The position numbers and the translations under genes are program-made. Source: Proteromonas lacertae (lineage: Eukaryota). From it: a stretch of 64,000 nucleotides of DNA. Below are positions 39,101 to 54,100 of this stretch, piece by piece. Numbering within the stretch: position 1 is the stretch's first letter; every line of letters begins with the position of its first letter. The notes below the pieces were generated by a model. That model had not been told where the DNA came from. It ran no database searches and saw only the letters and a list, made by a program, of their open reading frames with translations. The DNA lies in contig NGBS01000300.1 in NCBI GenBank assembly GCA_002245135.1, forward strand, positions 62,001-126,000, given 5' to 3'.

Positions 39101-42100
39101 TCACTTAAATCTACTCTATATATTAATGGATTCTCTACTTCAATATCTGGACATATTGGAACAATCAATTGATCAGATGAATATATATTACTAAACAAAC
39201 CAACTACTAAATAATCACCTTTTATATTATCATCATAACCTAATGTGATTATAATATATAATGTATTATTAAACAACAATATATCTCCTACTACAGCATT
39301 ATTAGTTGATCTGTTATAATATATTCTATATTCATTATTACTATTATCACTACAATTAATGTATTTACCTAAGAAATTTCTTTCTACCTCAATTTCAATA
39401 TTCTCTTTTGATTCTGGAATATATTGACTTAAATATATTCTAACATTATTGTTATCAATTTCACCATCTTCATCCTCTTCATTATTATTATTATTATTAT
39501 CAATCATTTGTTTATTTCTAATCAAATAAGTTCTATTGAATATGTAGATAGATTCACCTTCATATAAATATCTTGAACTATTCTCACTTACATCAATATA
39601 GATATTGTTTGAATAAGTTCTAGCTTTTATTCCACTTTCTATGAATTTACTCTTCTTATTCTTAATACCAATTTGATATGAATATGAGTTGTATTCTTCC
39701 TTTGAAACACTTTCATAAAACAATGTGTAAAGTCTCACAACTGGGAAATAATGACCTGGATTTCCTTCTTGTACTGTTTCTACAGTTATTTCTTTATTTA
39801 TTTCATTACCTTCACATGTTCTTAATTCTATTAGTTCTACATCTCCATTACAGTCCTTTTCACCTATAAACTCTATTTCAAATCCATTAGTTAAATTTCT
39901 TATCTCTATATCTTCAATTGAAGGTAATAATGATAATTCGTTATATAGAATTTCTTCATTTACTTCATTATATACAAAACAATTTTCAGTTGTATAACCT
40001 TTAAATGAAATAGTGAAATTATAATCTTCATTAATTGCTTTATCACTAAATAATATCTGTTGTATTTCATTCACTTTATAACCATAAGTAACATTAAATG
40101 ATTTGACTGGTAAACCATTACTACCTTCTGGAATATTCTCTTCAGGAATATGATTGAAATTAATCAATAAACTATCATTATCAGTGTTAATATGATATAA
40201 AGTAACATTCGATGGTGGATTTGGAATTGTATAAGTTCTAATTGGTTCAGATGTATTTGTAGAATATTGATAACTGTATTGGTCATTTATATCAACTGAT
40301 TTTATTCTAATATAATAATATTTACCAGGTATTAAGTTATCTACTGTAATATTCCTATTTCCATTTTCATTATTATTATTATCACTATTTGCATCTACTA
40401 ATAATCTATACTTCAATAATTTAGGTAGTTCAATTGTCATATTTGTAGTAGAGTAAGGGATTAATACGTCTGGAATACATGTATTGTTTTTATCATTAAT
40501 TATATCACAAATACTATTGAATGATGGAATTTCATCAACATCTATTATATATGACTTAATCTGTTGATTTGAAACAAAATAATCATTCCATTTAATAATA
40601 AATGAGAATTGATCATTTCTCTCTACTTCTACTGATGTTGGTGGTAAGTTTCTATAGTATATTATACTCCTCAACCGATTCTTCAGATAATTCTTTATTG
40701 TTACTATTCTTTTCATAGGATAATACATAATATTCACTATCTCCAAGATAATTGGTTGCTTTTATTCGACAATATAATGTATTGGATGTTTGCACTTCAT
40801 ATGAATATTTCAATTGTCTTATTCTTACAGGTAAACTATCAATTCTGATTATTTCTTTTACTTCACTAGTTTCTTCATTATCTTCATTTAATTCGGCAGA
40901 TGGTGAAGTGTTGCCATTGCCATTACCAGTAGTAGTTGTTGTTATTGTTGTGAGATCTTCATCATATATCAAACCAGCTGAATTAATATCCAATTTACCT
41001 GTAATATCTTTATAATATAAAACTTCAACAAATGTTATATCCCAACTATATCCATAAGGTAATTGATATCTTTTCACATTTACTTCATTAATTGAACCCA
41101 ATGATTCTAATGAAATCTTCATCTTGTAGGAAGTAACATTATACTCTAATGGAACTGTATATTGTGTTCTAAATCTCAATAGGAATGTTCCAGTAATATT
41201 CTTATAATCAACATAACTAAGTGTAACTCTATCAACATGATATACTTCCTTATATTTTGATTCATCTTCTTCTGTTTTTGTATTTAATAACAATTCAGAT
41301 TGTGTTGTTGTAAATAATGCATTTGTTGAACAAGTTATTGTATAATTATCAATATGTAATCCACCATTAAACTTAGGTTCATCCCATTCATATCTTATGT
41401 ACAAACTATTTCTATCACTATTGCCGTTTTTGTAATCATAACCTAATCTTCTTATATATCCTCCACTTATTATATTTGGATGTCTGTTGGTAGGTATTAT
41501 TGATTTTGCTTCATTATCATAGAAATCAGAACAATATAATTGATTACAAGCTAATACTTTAACAAATACCTCTTTATTGGGAGTTAAACCATTAATTATT
41601 TCTTCCTGAGAATTGTATGTGGTAAATGAAGCTTCAGCACGATTATTACCATATATAAAATGATCATTGATAAAGAATTTCTCATATACTCTAGTAAATG
41701 TATTTATAATCTTAATAGAGAATATATATCCTAAGGAATAGTAATATTTCTTCACTTCTACATCTATTATTGGCTCTAAATCTACTAATGCATTTTCAAT
41801 TGTAGTTGTACTAACAGTAGAACCACTGAATGGACCAACTCTTGGTTTTAAATACAATGGATATTCTGTTCCAAATATTCTGGATTTATCTACAAATTCT
41901 TGATTTTGTGTATAATTACTTATTTTTCCTAAGATAAATTCTCCTTTTTCTATTTCTTTACTATTTTCATGTATTCTATATTCATCTAATTCTGATGTTG
42001 GATCTCCAATTGAGATATAATCACCTATAACTAACTTCACAGAATTTGAAGCAGTTGTATTAAATAATCTATATTCTACTTTGACTTCCTCATCTTTTAT

Positions 42101-45100
42101 TCTAGCATTTAGTTTTGCACTACCAATGAATGATTTTAATCTACAAATATAGCCGTAATTAATATCAACATTAAATGTAACTTCTAATGTATAATTATTA
42201 GCATCACAAATATGATATCTACTACTATCTTTTTTATTTATCGAATAGTCACATAATCTATATTCCATTCCATTAATTTGCACAAATTCTGTTGGATACA
42301 ATTTCAAAGATGAATAACTGTCAAATCTAAATGTTTTTTCACCTGATTCCGCAAATATACATCCAATACATAATGGATTATCAATATCATATACTCCTTT
42401 ATTATTATTACCATAATATATATAGAAATCACCATAAAATTGAGCTGTAACTGATTGACTCTTGAAATTAGTTATCTCATAATTGATTGGAATTGAGATA
42501 TTTCTTGAATTTTCTTGGAAATTATTTTCATCTTCTGAAACTAATATCATTACTGATTTTAATGGAGAACCACCATCAGTTACATTCAAATGGAACAATA
42601 CTTCAATACTAGTCTCATTATGTAAACTGACATTAAATTCAGGTGATTGTGGAATAATTGTAACAGTGAAATTATATATTTCACTTCTATCACTATAGCC
42701 TATATCATTTTGGACAGATATAAATATGTAATAGCTTTCACCTACTTCAACATTATCAAATATAATAGTTGGTTCATTTACATATCTAACTTGATAATTC
42801 TGTGGTTTTATACTTGCTGGGGTTATTGATTTAACTTTAATATAACATGAATTAATACAATAAATATCTTCATTAGTTAATTCATAATAATCAGTAAATG
42901 TTATTACAAACATGTTTGATCTATTATTATCTTTAGTTATATGAACAGTATGCATTGATAATAAATTACTTATTGCAGATTCTAATTCTTTCACTGTAAT
43001 ACTCTTAGTAAACTTATATGTTGTACAATTCAATACATTGAGCATAAAAGTATCTTCTTCATTTGTAGTAGTTATTTCCAATTCAAATACGCTTTCAATA
43101 CCATGAGGATATTCATTCTGTATTAATATTGGATAATATTCTACTTTATATTGTTTAAATGACATATCATATTCATTATCTTTATTAGGATCTTCCCAAC
43201 TAACTCTACAGGTTGTTGAATTTACATAATTATAAGTCATATTCATAGGCGATAAATATTTCTTTATTATCTTTAATTTCTCTGGAGTTGGGCTAATATA
43301 TTCGCCTTGACCTACTGTATTATTAGCTAATATTCTAACATAATATGTATGATATAATATTAAGTAATTTATATAAACAATTTTATCTTTTGTATTAATT
43401 GTCCAATAATCATGGAAATAAGATTGTTCAGATATATCAATCACATAATTCAATATATTTGGATCAGTTTCACCAATATAAACTGGTAAATCAAACTGTA
43501 ATACCATTGATGTTGTATTAACTTGGTATAATTTTGCATTTTCTACTGTATCTGGTTCTTGATTGGTTAATCTAATTGTCTTTTCTATTGATGAATAACC
43601 ATAACCTAAATCATTATATGGTGTTACTTTTACATAGTATAATCCTGGTTTTGGTATTCCACTAATTCTTCTAAATGTTTGTCCTCCTAATTCTTCAATT
43701 TCTGTTTCATTCTTCATATAGAAATAACTATTACTTAAACTGAATTCTTGCTCAGATTTTACTACAATATCACCAGAATTAGATTTATCACTTATTAAAA
43801 CTGTTGGTACTTTTATTTCATTTCTATTGTAAATGTATGTAATTGTATAATTATCTGAATCTCCTTCTACTTTTATTTCACCAATTTCTGGAATATTCAT
43901 TAAGTATTTAGCAATCATTTGAACTGGAACTGTATTATTCAAATAACATGAACTTTCACATTTATCGTCAAAATCATATACTAATCTATATAATTCATCT
44001 GTATTTACTTCAACACTATGAATTGTATGTTGTATTTCACTTGAATTGAATGAAATTGAACTTACTTCAATTGCATATTTCTTTATATAAGATTCACCAA
44101 ATATGATTGGATATTGGATATACACAGCAATTGTTTCACTCATACACATTTTACTACAATCATAAACATTACTTAAAATAACACTTGGAGCTTCAGAAAT
44201 GCCATAAATTGTTTCAGATTTTTCGAACCAATCTGAATACCACAAATTATTAATGATTCTTATTCTATAATAATACAATATTCCTGTAATAACAGCATCC
44301 GAATTGACCAAATAGAATGATTCATTTGGATTAACATTGAAATCCATATTTATGACCATTGAGTTATAATTATTAGATATATCATACTCTAATTCAATCT
44401 TATCAGCTTTTGTACCAGATTCTATAGAATCATATATCCAACTTAATGTTGTTGAATTATCAACAAAACAATTATAACTATCCAAACATCCAATTGTAAA
44501 GTTATCTGGATAAGATGGTATTTGTCTTGCCTGTATCAAATCAACACAATATGGATAATAACCATCTGGGCATTTACCTACAGCAAAATCACTTTCATCA
44601 CTTTCTAAGGTTACTACATCTAATCTATTAGATGCTGTTAATGTCAATGTATAATTAATTCCTGGAATTATATTCTCAGCTATACCAATGTAATAAGTTT
44701 CATTTACTATTGTAATTTGATCAAATGTAATATTTCTTACATATAAATTACTACTGTTATTTTCTTCTCTTAAATATACTGTATAATAGATTATATTTGC
44801 ACCATTATTATACTTTGGAGGTGAGAATGTAATATTTAATTGTGTTTTATTATCAACAACTGGATATACAATAATATTGTATGGTTTAGAAGTTCTACCA
44901 AATGGAATTATGTAATTGGATATTCTTGAAACACCTAATCCAAGTATATTCATTGGAATTACTTGAATATAATACTTCAAACCAGTTATTATTGATCTAT
45001 ACTTTAATGGATGAGTAATATCAATATTTATTGTTTTATTCTCTGATTCTACTTTGAAATAATCAAAATCTATTTCTCCATTTACTATTGTGATATAAAT

Positions 45101-48100
45101 TGAGTTATTATATTTCAATAAGGAAATTTCAAATTCTTTATCTTCACCTTCTTCATTATTATTTGAATCAGTAGAATTCTCATTTAGTAATACAAATTGT
45201 TCATAAATATCATACAATGTTTCATTATTTATTTCACTTAACAACTTAGTAATCTTTGTATTATTCTTATAATAGAATGAAATAACTTCATCTGTTAAAT
45301 TACCTTCATTTATTCTAAATGGTAATGTTATATTTACAGCAATAACATCTTGTCCTAAGTTTATATTACAACTCTCTTTACATTCATTATCTTCCTCTTT
45401 AACTATATAATAGTAAGTATTATCTTCACTCTCATCTCTACATAATGAATCTAAACACCAATTAATCTTATACATGATAATTTCAGTTCCTCCATTAGTA
45501 CTATTAAATCCATTTCTATCTATCTTTTGACCTACCCATGTCAAATTGATCCAAGCTGCATTATCTATCATATTCCTAGCTGTAATACTATCAACTTTAT
45601 ATGGCAATTGATTCACTGGTATAATATAAGGAACTTCTACAATCTGTGGATAACTAAATAAGAAATTTCTTTCATCAAATATATAGCTATAAAATCTAAT
45701 ATATTGTGGTTGATTATCTACAAATTGATCATATTGATAAATATAAATATTATCTAAATCCATCTGTTTACTCACATTAAACTCTCTATAAAGACTTATT
45801 TCAATTAAATATCCTTCTACTCTATCAGGATATAAAGGTTTATTCCATCTAAAACCAATTCCACTACTACTTATTATATAATATCGAATATTACTTGGTG
45901 GAGTTGGCTGTCTTATCTCAGGATAGAAATTGGGTGTATTAAATTCATATCCTTTCATTAAGTAAATACTTCCATATAAACCTTCATTATCTTCATTCAC
46001 TAATTCTATATTCTTATTTCCTAATATTCTCTTACCATTATTCAATCTCTTTGGTGCTTCTGCTGCACATTTCTCTGAACTGTAATAACTAACATAATAT
46101 AAATATTCACCATCTTCATTTGGATTTAAATATTTGTTTATATTCACTAAATAACCATCTTTTTCGTATGTTTCATTTCCATAAATATATTCTTCCCATA
46201 TTTGTTCAACAGAAACATCTTCTTTTTCATCAATTACTAATTTCTCATAACAAGTTAAACCATTTGTATAAACATATGCATCATTTGATAAACTATATCC
46301 AATACTGTTATAAGCTACAATTCTTATATAATATTCAACGAAATTGTAATTGGATATATCTAAACTGTATGAATAAAAGACATTTTCATCATATTCTTCC
46401 TCATCATCTATTTCATCTACTTTGAATGTCTTATGTGTTGAATTTCTATACTTATTATTATCAGCAACTTCTATTAGATAACTTGTAATAATATCTCCAC
46501 CATTACTTGCTGGTTTCTTCCATGATATTACTATTTGTTGAGGATTATATAAATTCATATAAATATCTAATGGTCTTGTACTAACTGTTTCAATTGGTGT
46601 TAAAGGTCTTGATAAATAAACATAATCACTTAACATTTTCATCACTAAACTTAATGATACAATTCTTACATAATAATCTGTATAACTCTGTAATCCAGTT
46701 ATTGTCAAACTGTTTGAGATTGAATTGGATTGTATTCTTTCTATTTGAGCTATTGGTTCATTTCCTTTCAAAGTTCCATTTCCACTGTAAACTATATAGT
46801 TATAATAATCATCAACACTTGAAACAGATAATAATGGCATAGGGAAAGATGTATATTTAAATGTAATCTCATAGATGATTGAATATCTTGAATAAGGTGG
46901 AACTAAAGAAGGATATTCTATTGTTTTACTAACTTCTACTTCTTGTATTGATGGAATATTTTCAATAATAAACTTCAATTCATTTGCTGAAATATTAAAA
47001 TTCACAGCTGATGATTTATAACCTTGGAAATATAAATAAACATAACCATTTAAATCGTATGTACTTGAAGACATGATAAACCTCTGAACTTCATTATTTT
47101 CTTCTAAATATATTGTCTTTGGACTTACAATGAAATGTTCATTTGTATCATAATCTATCTTATATCCTTTCAACTGCATACTTTCATATAATAATGGATG
47201 TTCCCACTGTATATAAATTGCACTGTCATTTACAATATTTCCATCTAATAGAATAGGTGGAGTATGAGGTCTATATAATTGTACTTTTACTGTATTATTC
47301 ACATATTGATAATCACTCCATATATTATAAGTTGGATCAACATTACTTACTGATATTCTAATGAAGTATGGAACACCAGGTGTGAATGACGTTATATTAA
47401 TATAATCAATTGAATCTGTTGTTGTCTTATCATTTGCTCTGAAATATGTACAATTATAAAATGGACTATTCAATATTGGTTCTTTAAAATCAACATGTGT
47501 TATTTTTGCACTATCACCTTCATTATCAACAGTAATATTGATTTTTGGTTGATATGGTAATACAGTCAAATAATAAGTTAAAGCGAATTTCAATTCTTTC
47601 GATTCTTCATCATAAGTTCTAGAAACATCTAAGAATTCATTCAATCTTGGATAACATCCACTAATATATTGAGAAAAACTATGAGCATTGATATTATAAT
47701 TGATTTTTCCACAATCAATATTATTAATATAGATATTAAATGTATTCTTTGTTGTTGTTATTGTTGTTTTATAACTTGTTTCAGCATTAAATGTTGTATT
47801 TTCACTTAAATTAATAGAAATAATATCGCCTGGATAACCTTCATATTTATTTGATAATACTTTTTCTACTCTATCTCCTTCATCTCCATCAATTTCAAAT
47901 TGACTACAAGTACCAGATAAGAACTTGATAACATAATAAGTTGGTTCATATCTAAATATATCAACTTTTCCTATCCATAAGTTACTTTCAATTTCAGATT
48001 TCATTGTCTCTACTGAAGTTAATGAGCTGATTGGTTTAGTTTTCTTATTATCACATGTAATAGTAAATTCATTACTACTAATATGTAAATAATAACTATT

Positions 48101-51100
48101 ATAATATTGATGTAAATATGGTTTAACATTCTTAAACTCTAACAGATTGTCATATATATCATATTCTACTTTATACCATATTATTGGCATTCCACCATTA
48201 TCTCCTTGTGTTAATTCAAACTGAACAGTTTCTTCAGTTATCTGATATGCATTTATACTAATCAATGGGTTTGGTTTGTCATATGGTCTGACTGTTCCTT
48301 TGACTTTTGCTGGTGGACTTAATCCTACTTTATTCATAGCAAATATTGATATTTCATAGTCATGTCCTTTTATTACATCAGTTATAGTATAACTACATCC
48401 TATATCATAATCTTCAGCACATTCTACTTCATCACTTTCATATCTTTGTTCAAAATATAACATTTCAACATTCACACAATGTATTACTATTATGTACTTA
48501 GTAACAGGAGTTCCTCCATTAAACAAAGGTGCATGGTAATACACAATAATTGATGAACTATTGCTACCTATTGCACTTACATTATATGGTTCAGTTGGTA
48601 TTCTTGGGACAGTTTGAATGGTTTTTGGTATTGAAAACTGACCAATGGAATAATTTCTATTATTATGACTTGACACTGTAACAATATAATCAACACCAGC
48701 TTCAGCTAAATCTAATCTCTTAAAATATGATTCTTGATCAGCTACTGCATTGACTTTCACAGATCTATAACCTTTAGGTAAAGTGAAGTTAGAAACTTTT
48801 GAAATACTAGCATCACAATTTCCATCTTTATATTTAATTATTTCAAACTCTGAAACTTCATTATAAATTTCAACAGTATATGTACCTTTTTCACCAGTTA
48901 TATTACAATAATGAATTGATGATAAACCATTCAAATATTCCTTCAAACTACTAGCACTAAAGACTTCACCTTCAATAACATTAGATTCAACATCATTCAC
49001 TCTAATACTGTAATTATTACAACTATTATCCAAACCAGTAACTGTAAATACAGCAGGTTGTATTGTTGAATTAGCTAAATAATATTCAATTAAATAGTAA
49101 TCAATTACTCCTCCATTGTCACTAGTCTGTTTAGGGAATGTAACTTCAATTGTTTTAATGAACTTTGGTTCATATAAATCTGGTGCTCGATCTTTATCCA
49201 AATTATATACCAAAATATCACCAAATTCAAATGGATGTGGTTGTTTCATTGGAATTATTGGATCAATGAAATTAAAATATTTACCAATACCCATTCCATT
49301 AATTGCAGCAATTCTAATATAATACTCTCTGCCAGATAATAAGTATTCTATTTTGTAGTAATTCTTTCTTGTTCTTATTGTACTTATTTCATTATTATTA
49401 TCGTCAATTGGTTTTAAACTCCATTCAATTGTATATTCTTTAATATCCTCATTTCCATTCCAACCAAATAAATTATCCCAACCACTGTTTCCTTCTCTTT
49501 CTATTGGTTCATCATAATATACAGTTATTGATTTATCACTTCTTTCATCATATTTAAATGTAACGTTATCTGGCTGTTCAGGAACTTCCATTGATATTCC
49601 ATATGTTGTATAAATTGTATCTCCAAATGAATTAATTGCGATTATTGTGATATTTGTGATTGTACCAGGAGTTAAAGGCCATAAATAATTCCAATATTTA
49701 TTATTATCATTCTTTACTTCATTTGAAAGAACAGTATTATTACACCATTCTCCACTTAGATTGTTATATGTTATAATATATTTCATTATTGCTTCACCTC
49801 CATCATCTACTGGTTCATTCCATTCAACGTATAATGCAGTTGCATTTACTATTGAAATAGTAACATTCTCTACTGGTGATGGAGCATATCCTATTGCTTC
49901 TACATCATATTTCTCTTCAGCTAATTCAGTAGAATTGTAGAATAATCTTGTAGATGGAATAATCTGTTGTTTTTGACTTTTAGAACTCCATTGTAATTGA
50001 ATCATTCCTAAATTCATATTATCTCTATACTCAATTGTAATTGGATAAATTCTATTTTGAATTGCAGAAAAACTAGCTGTTTTACTCAACACTTGATCAT
50101 TCTCATCCACATTATCATTGAAATTATTAATCAATAAAATATCATCAATAACTACTTTACAACCATCATTATAAATACAAGTAATATTATAATCTTCACT
50201 ATAAACAAACTGAATAAAACCAGTCCATTTAATTGACACAATATCTTTTTCTCCATTATAAATTTCATCTGACCAATAGAAATCGATTATTCTATCCACT
50301 CTTCTACCCAATAAAGTGCCAGTTAACCATCTACTACTATGATATTCACCTAATAAACCATTTCTAGATAATAAACTAATATTTAATATATAATAACCAA
50401 CTCTTGGAGTAATATATCCACATTTTACTGTTAATTCATCTTCTGTGGTATTATATTCATAATAATCATTATTACAGCCAATTGGTGTGACTCTATTATC
50501 ATTATTATTGTTTGGATCTTTAGGTATTAAATTGGCATAAAATGCACTTCCTTCTATTCCATTGTATGTTTCTATTGGACAAAGTGATGTTATTGTTAGA
50601 TTTACTTTATCTAATACTGGAATATACTCTATTCTATGTAATTCAACATAATTCTGAATGTATATTTCATATGTTTCTTTCTCTTTTATTTCATATAAGT
50701 GATAATTAATTATTGTCTTAAGACTACTGAAATATTCATTCAAATTATCAGATGTAAAGTTATTCTTAGTAAAATATTCACTTCTCATTTCATTTCCATA
50801 TAACAAATAGAATGTTGTTGTGTTTTCATTATCTACTTCATTTAATTTTATTCTTTGATAATTCATTTTCTTATCACAATTATACAACATTATTTTACTG
50901 TTTGATTCTTCTAAAGTTGTATTTAAATACATTTCTCTTAAATCACCAACATCTGTTAAAAACTCGATAGAAATACAATTATAACTACCATCTAAATACT
51001 CTGTGACATTTAAATCACCATATACATTCCATTCATTTAATGATTCTGTGATATTTTCCATTGAAATATTACATGGGAAATTTGGTGTATATTTAAAACC

Positions 51101-54100
51101 ATTCTTTAAGTCTGGAATATATAATGCAAATAAACAATCATCATTTCTATAAACATCATTACTTATTCTAATAATTTGGATTTCCTTTTGATAATAAGAG
51201 TTTACAGAATTATTCCAATAATCCCTTAACAAAATACTAAATGTTGTATAGTTATTATATACTCCATAATAAATACCAGTTTCACTGATTGTATAGTTAT
51301 TAGCAAATGAATTAATTGTTACTTCACCAGGTATTACATTTGCATAATTATAAATTGTCAATAATCCAAATTTATTATTCTCTAATGATATTGAGATATT
51401 CAATAAACCAGATTTTCTAGGTATAAAACTAACATTATATAATCCATTATCAATATATTCAACACTTTCAACATCAAAATCAGTATATTCACTATCTGTT
51501 AAAGTAATATTAAACTTATCTAAATCAAATAATTGTATATTATGGTAAATATCTCTAGATTGTATATAGAAATATGATAATTCATTAGATATTACTTCAT
51601 AATTATCATTCTTATTAATCACTAAACATTCATATAAATAAGTTTCACTTGGTAAGATAGTAATAGAATATGGAGAATCTTTTCACTTCAACCATTTCAC
51701 TATTAGAATCATTGATATAAACGTGTAATAAGTATTTACCAGATATAGTGTGTTGGAAATAAACATTATATAAACCTGTATTACTTCCTATTCTATGGAT
51801 TGATGTTATAGTGATTTCTTGATTTGTTGTATTTGATTCAATATCTGATACATAGAATGGTTCAAATAGACTGATTCTACCATTCTCAATATATAATACT
51901 CTCACAGTGTATTTTTCATTTATTGATAAATAATTACCATTTTCTATACTCCAATTTGTCATATTTTCATTTATAGTCATCATCGTAGAGTTTATACTGA
52001 TTGTACCACAATTCTCTTTATTACACAATTCTGAATAATCCAATGGTTCTAATGTAAATGTTGAATTAATACTCTTTATTGGATTATCAACTGATTCTAA
52101 TACAAATTTCAAATCATTTCCTATTTCATATTTACCTGTAGTAGCAATGGTATTATTATAATAATCTTTAGTATATAATCTAAATTGAGTAACTACATCA
52201 TTATAAACTGTATTATTGGAAATTACGGCAAATGTGTTGGTTGATAAATCACCTGGCAAAATGTTTAATTTATTAGGCATATTTCTAAATGAATGTAAAT
52301 AGAATAGATTTTCTTCTGGAATAACACTTCTCTCATTATTTCCATACTTCCATTCTAAAGTAATTGTAGAATTCATTTCTCTTCTTGAGAAGAAGAACAC
52401 TATTGGAATGTATTTATCTCCTTCTAATTCAATAGAATTTGACTTTAATCCTTTACTTGAATCAAAACTCTGTTCAGTTATCAGTTTATTATTGATAATC
52501 AACTTAAATCCATTGTTTGAATAAACATAAAATGTATAGGTATTATTCTCAGGAATGTATAAATAACCTTCCCATAAAACAGTATAAATATTACTTCCTA
52601 ACTGTTTAAACTGTTTCACATCTTCTATAGTAATAGTTTTACTAATCATTGTTAAGTTACAATATTGTATATCATCAGGACAATATCTTTCACTTACTCT
52701 TAATGGATTTAATATATCATTATTATCAAATATATTCATTCTTATACCATTTGCTAAGTATTTCATATCAATATCATATTTACCAGCTATTTTTGGCTCA
52801 TATTTAACTCTACAAATTCCTTCACTTTCTATCATTGAACAATCAACAATTTTATCATTTATATCTATTCTGATACTGTTATTATAATTATCTTCCAAAG
52901 TCATTATTAATTTTTCATTCTCTACAATTGTTGCATATTGTCTATTATTATATTCATCCAACATATGTAATGTAATTACTTCGTTTATATGAGATCTTGT
53001 ATTAATATTATATTGTGTGATAATATGAATTGGATTAATTTCTTTCATTGCTAATACTTCTATTGTTTGTGGTTGATATACTGATTCATTATTGTATGTT
53101 ATTTGTGGTGAGAATTTATGACTGATTGTTGAATGATAGGAGATATTAAATAATCCACTTCCTAAATAATTGATCAACATATTACCATCTTTAATAATCT
53201 TGAATTCTAATTCTACTTTTGGTTGATTTTTAATTAATTGTATATATAATGTAGATGGACTTGATTCTACTGTAAAATTCATTAAATAATATTTATTACT
53301 ATCACATACCATATCACCATCACTTGCATTTGTTGATAATTTCAAATGATGATCAGTTTCAATATATTTCACCAAATCTAAAACGGTCATATTTCCAATA
53401 TTAACCATTTCACCTTTACTATAATACATTGTACCAATCATTACATTTATTTCACAATTATTATTATTATTATTATTACAATGTAATACTCTTTCTTCAT
53501 GTGTTGTAATATCATGATTATGATCTAAATCATATAAGTATGGATTGACTAAATTAACATCAATATCATCAGTAGTTTTGTTATTACCAATCGAAGGGAA
53601 TTGTATTTGTCTCATTGTCATATAGGGTAAGAAATTATTAGAAATAGGTTCAGTGAAGTTGTAATATAATTTCATATTTAGATTCAATGGACTTGGTATG
53701 AAATTTGGTGTATACTTTACAGTTATTTGATATATTGTATTAACTTGATTTCCTGTTACTCTACTAGTAACTATATCACCATAATTCTTTCGACTTGTTA
53801 CTGTTATTGTTCTTTGTTCATTGTTATATCTATCAAATATTTTTTGTACATCTTCAGTTGAATTTTCTATGTTTATATGTTCAGTCATTTCTCCTTCAAT
53901 TTCAAAGTAATAATAACCACTAATTGGGAAATTATCATGTTCATTTTCTTTCTCAACATGTATAGTATAAATGACTATTTCATCAACTTTTTCATCTGTT
54001 AATTGTAAATAGAAGAAATATCTTTCATTAGTAATTGAATATGTTTCTAAACCATAAACATAAGATGAAGCAGGATGAATGATATTATCAATTACTTTCA

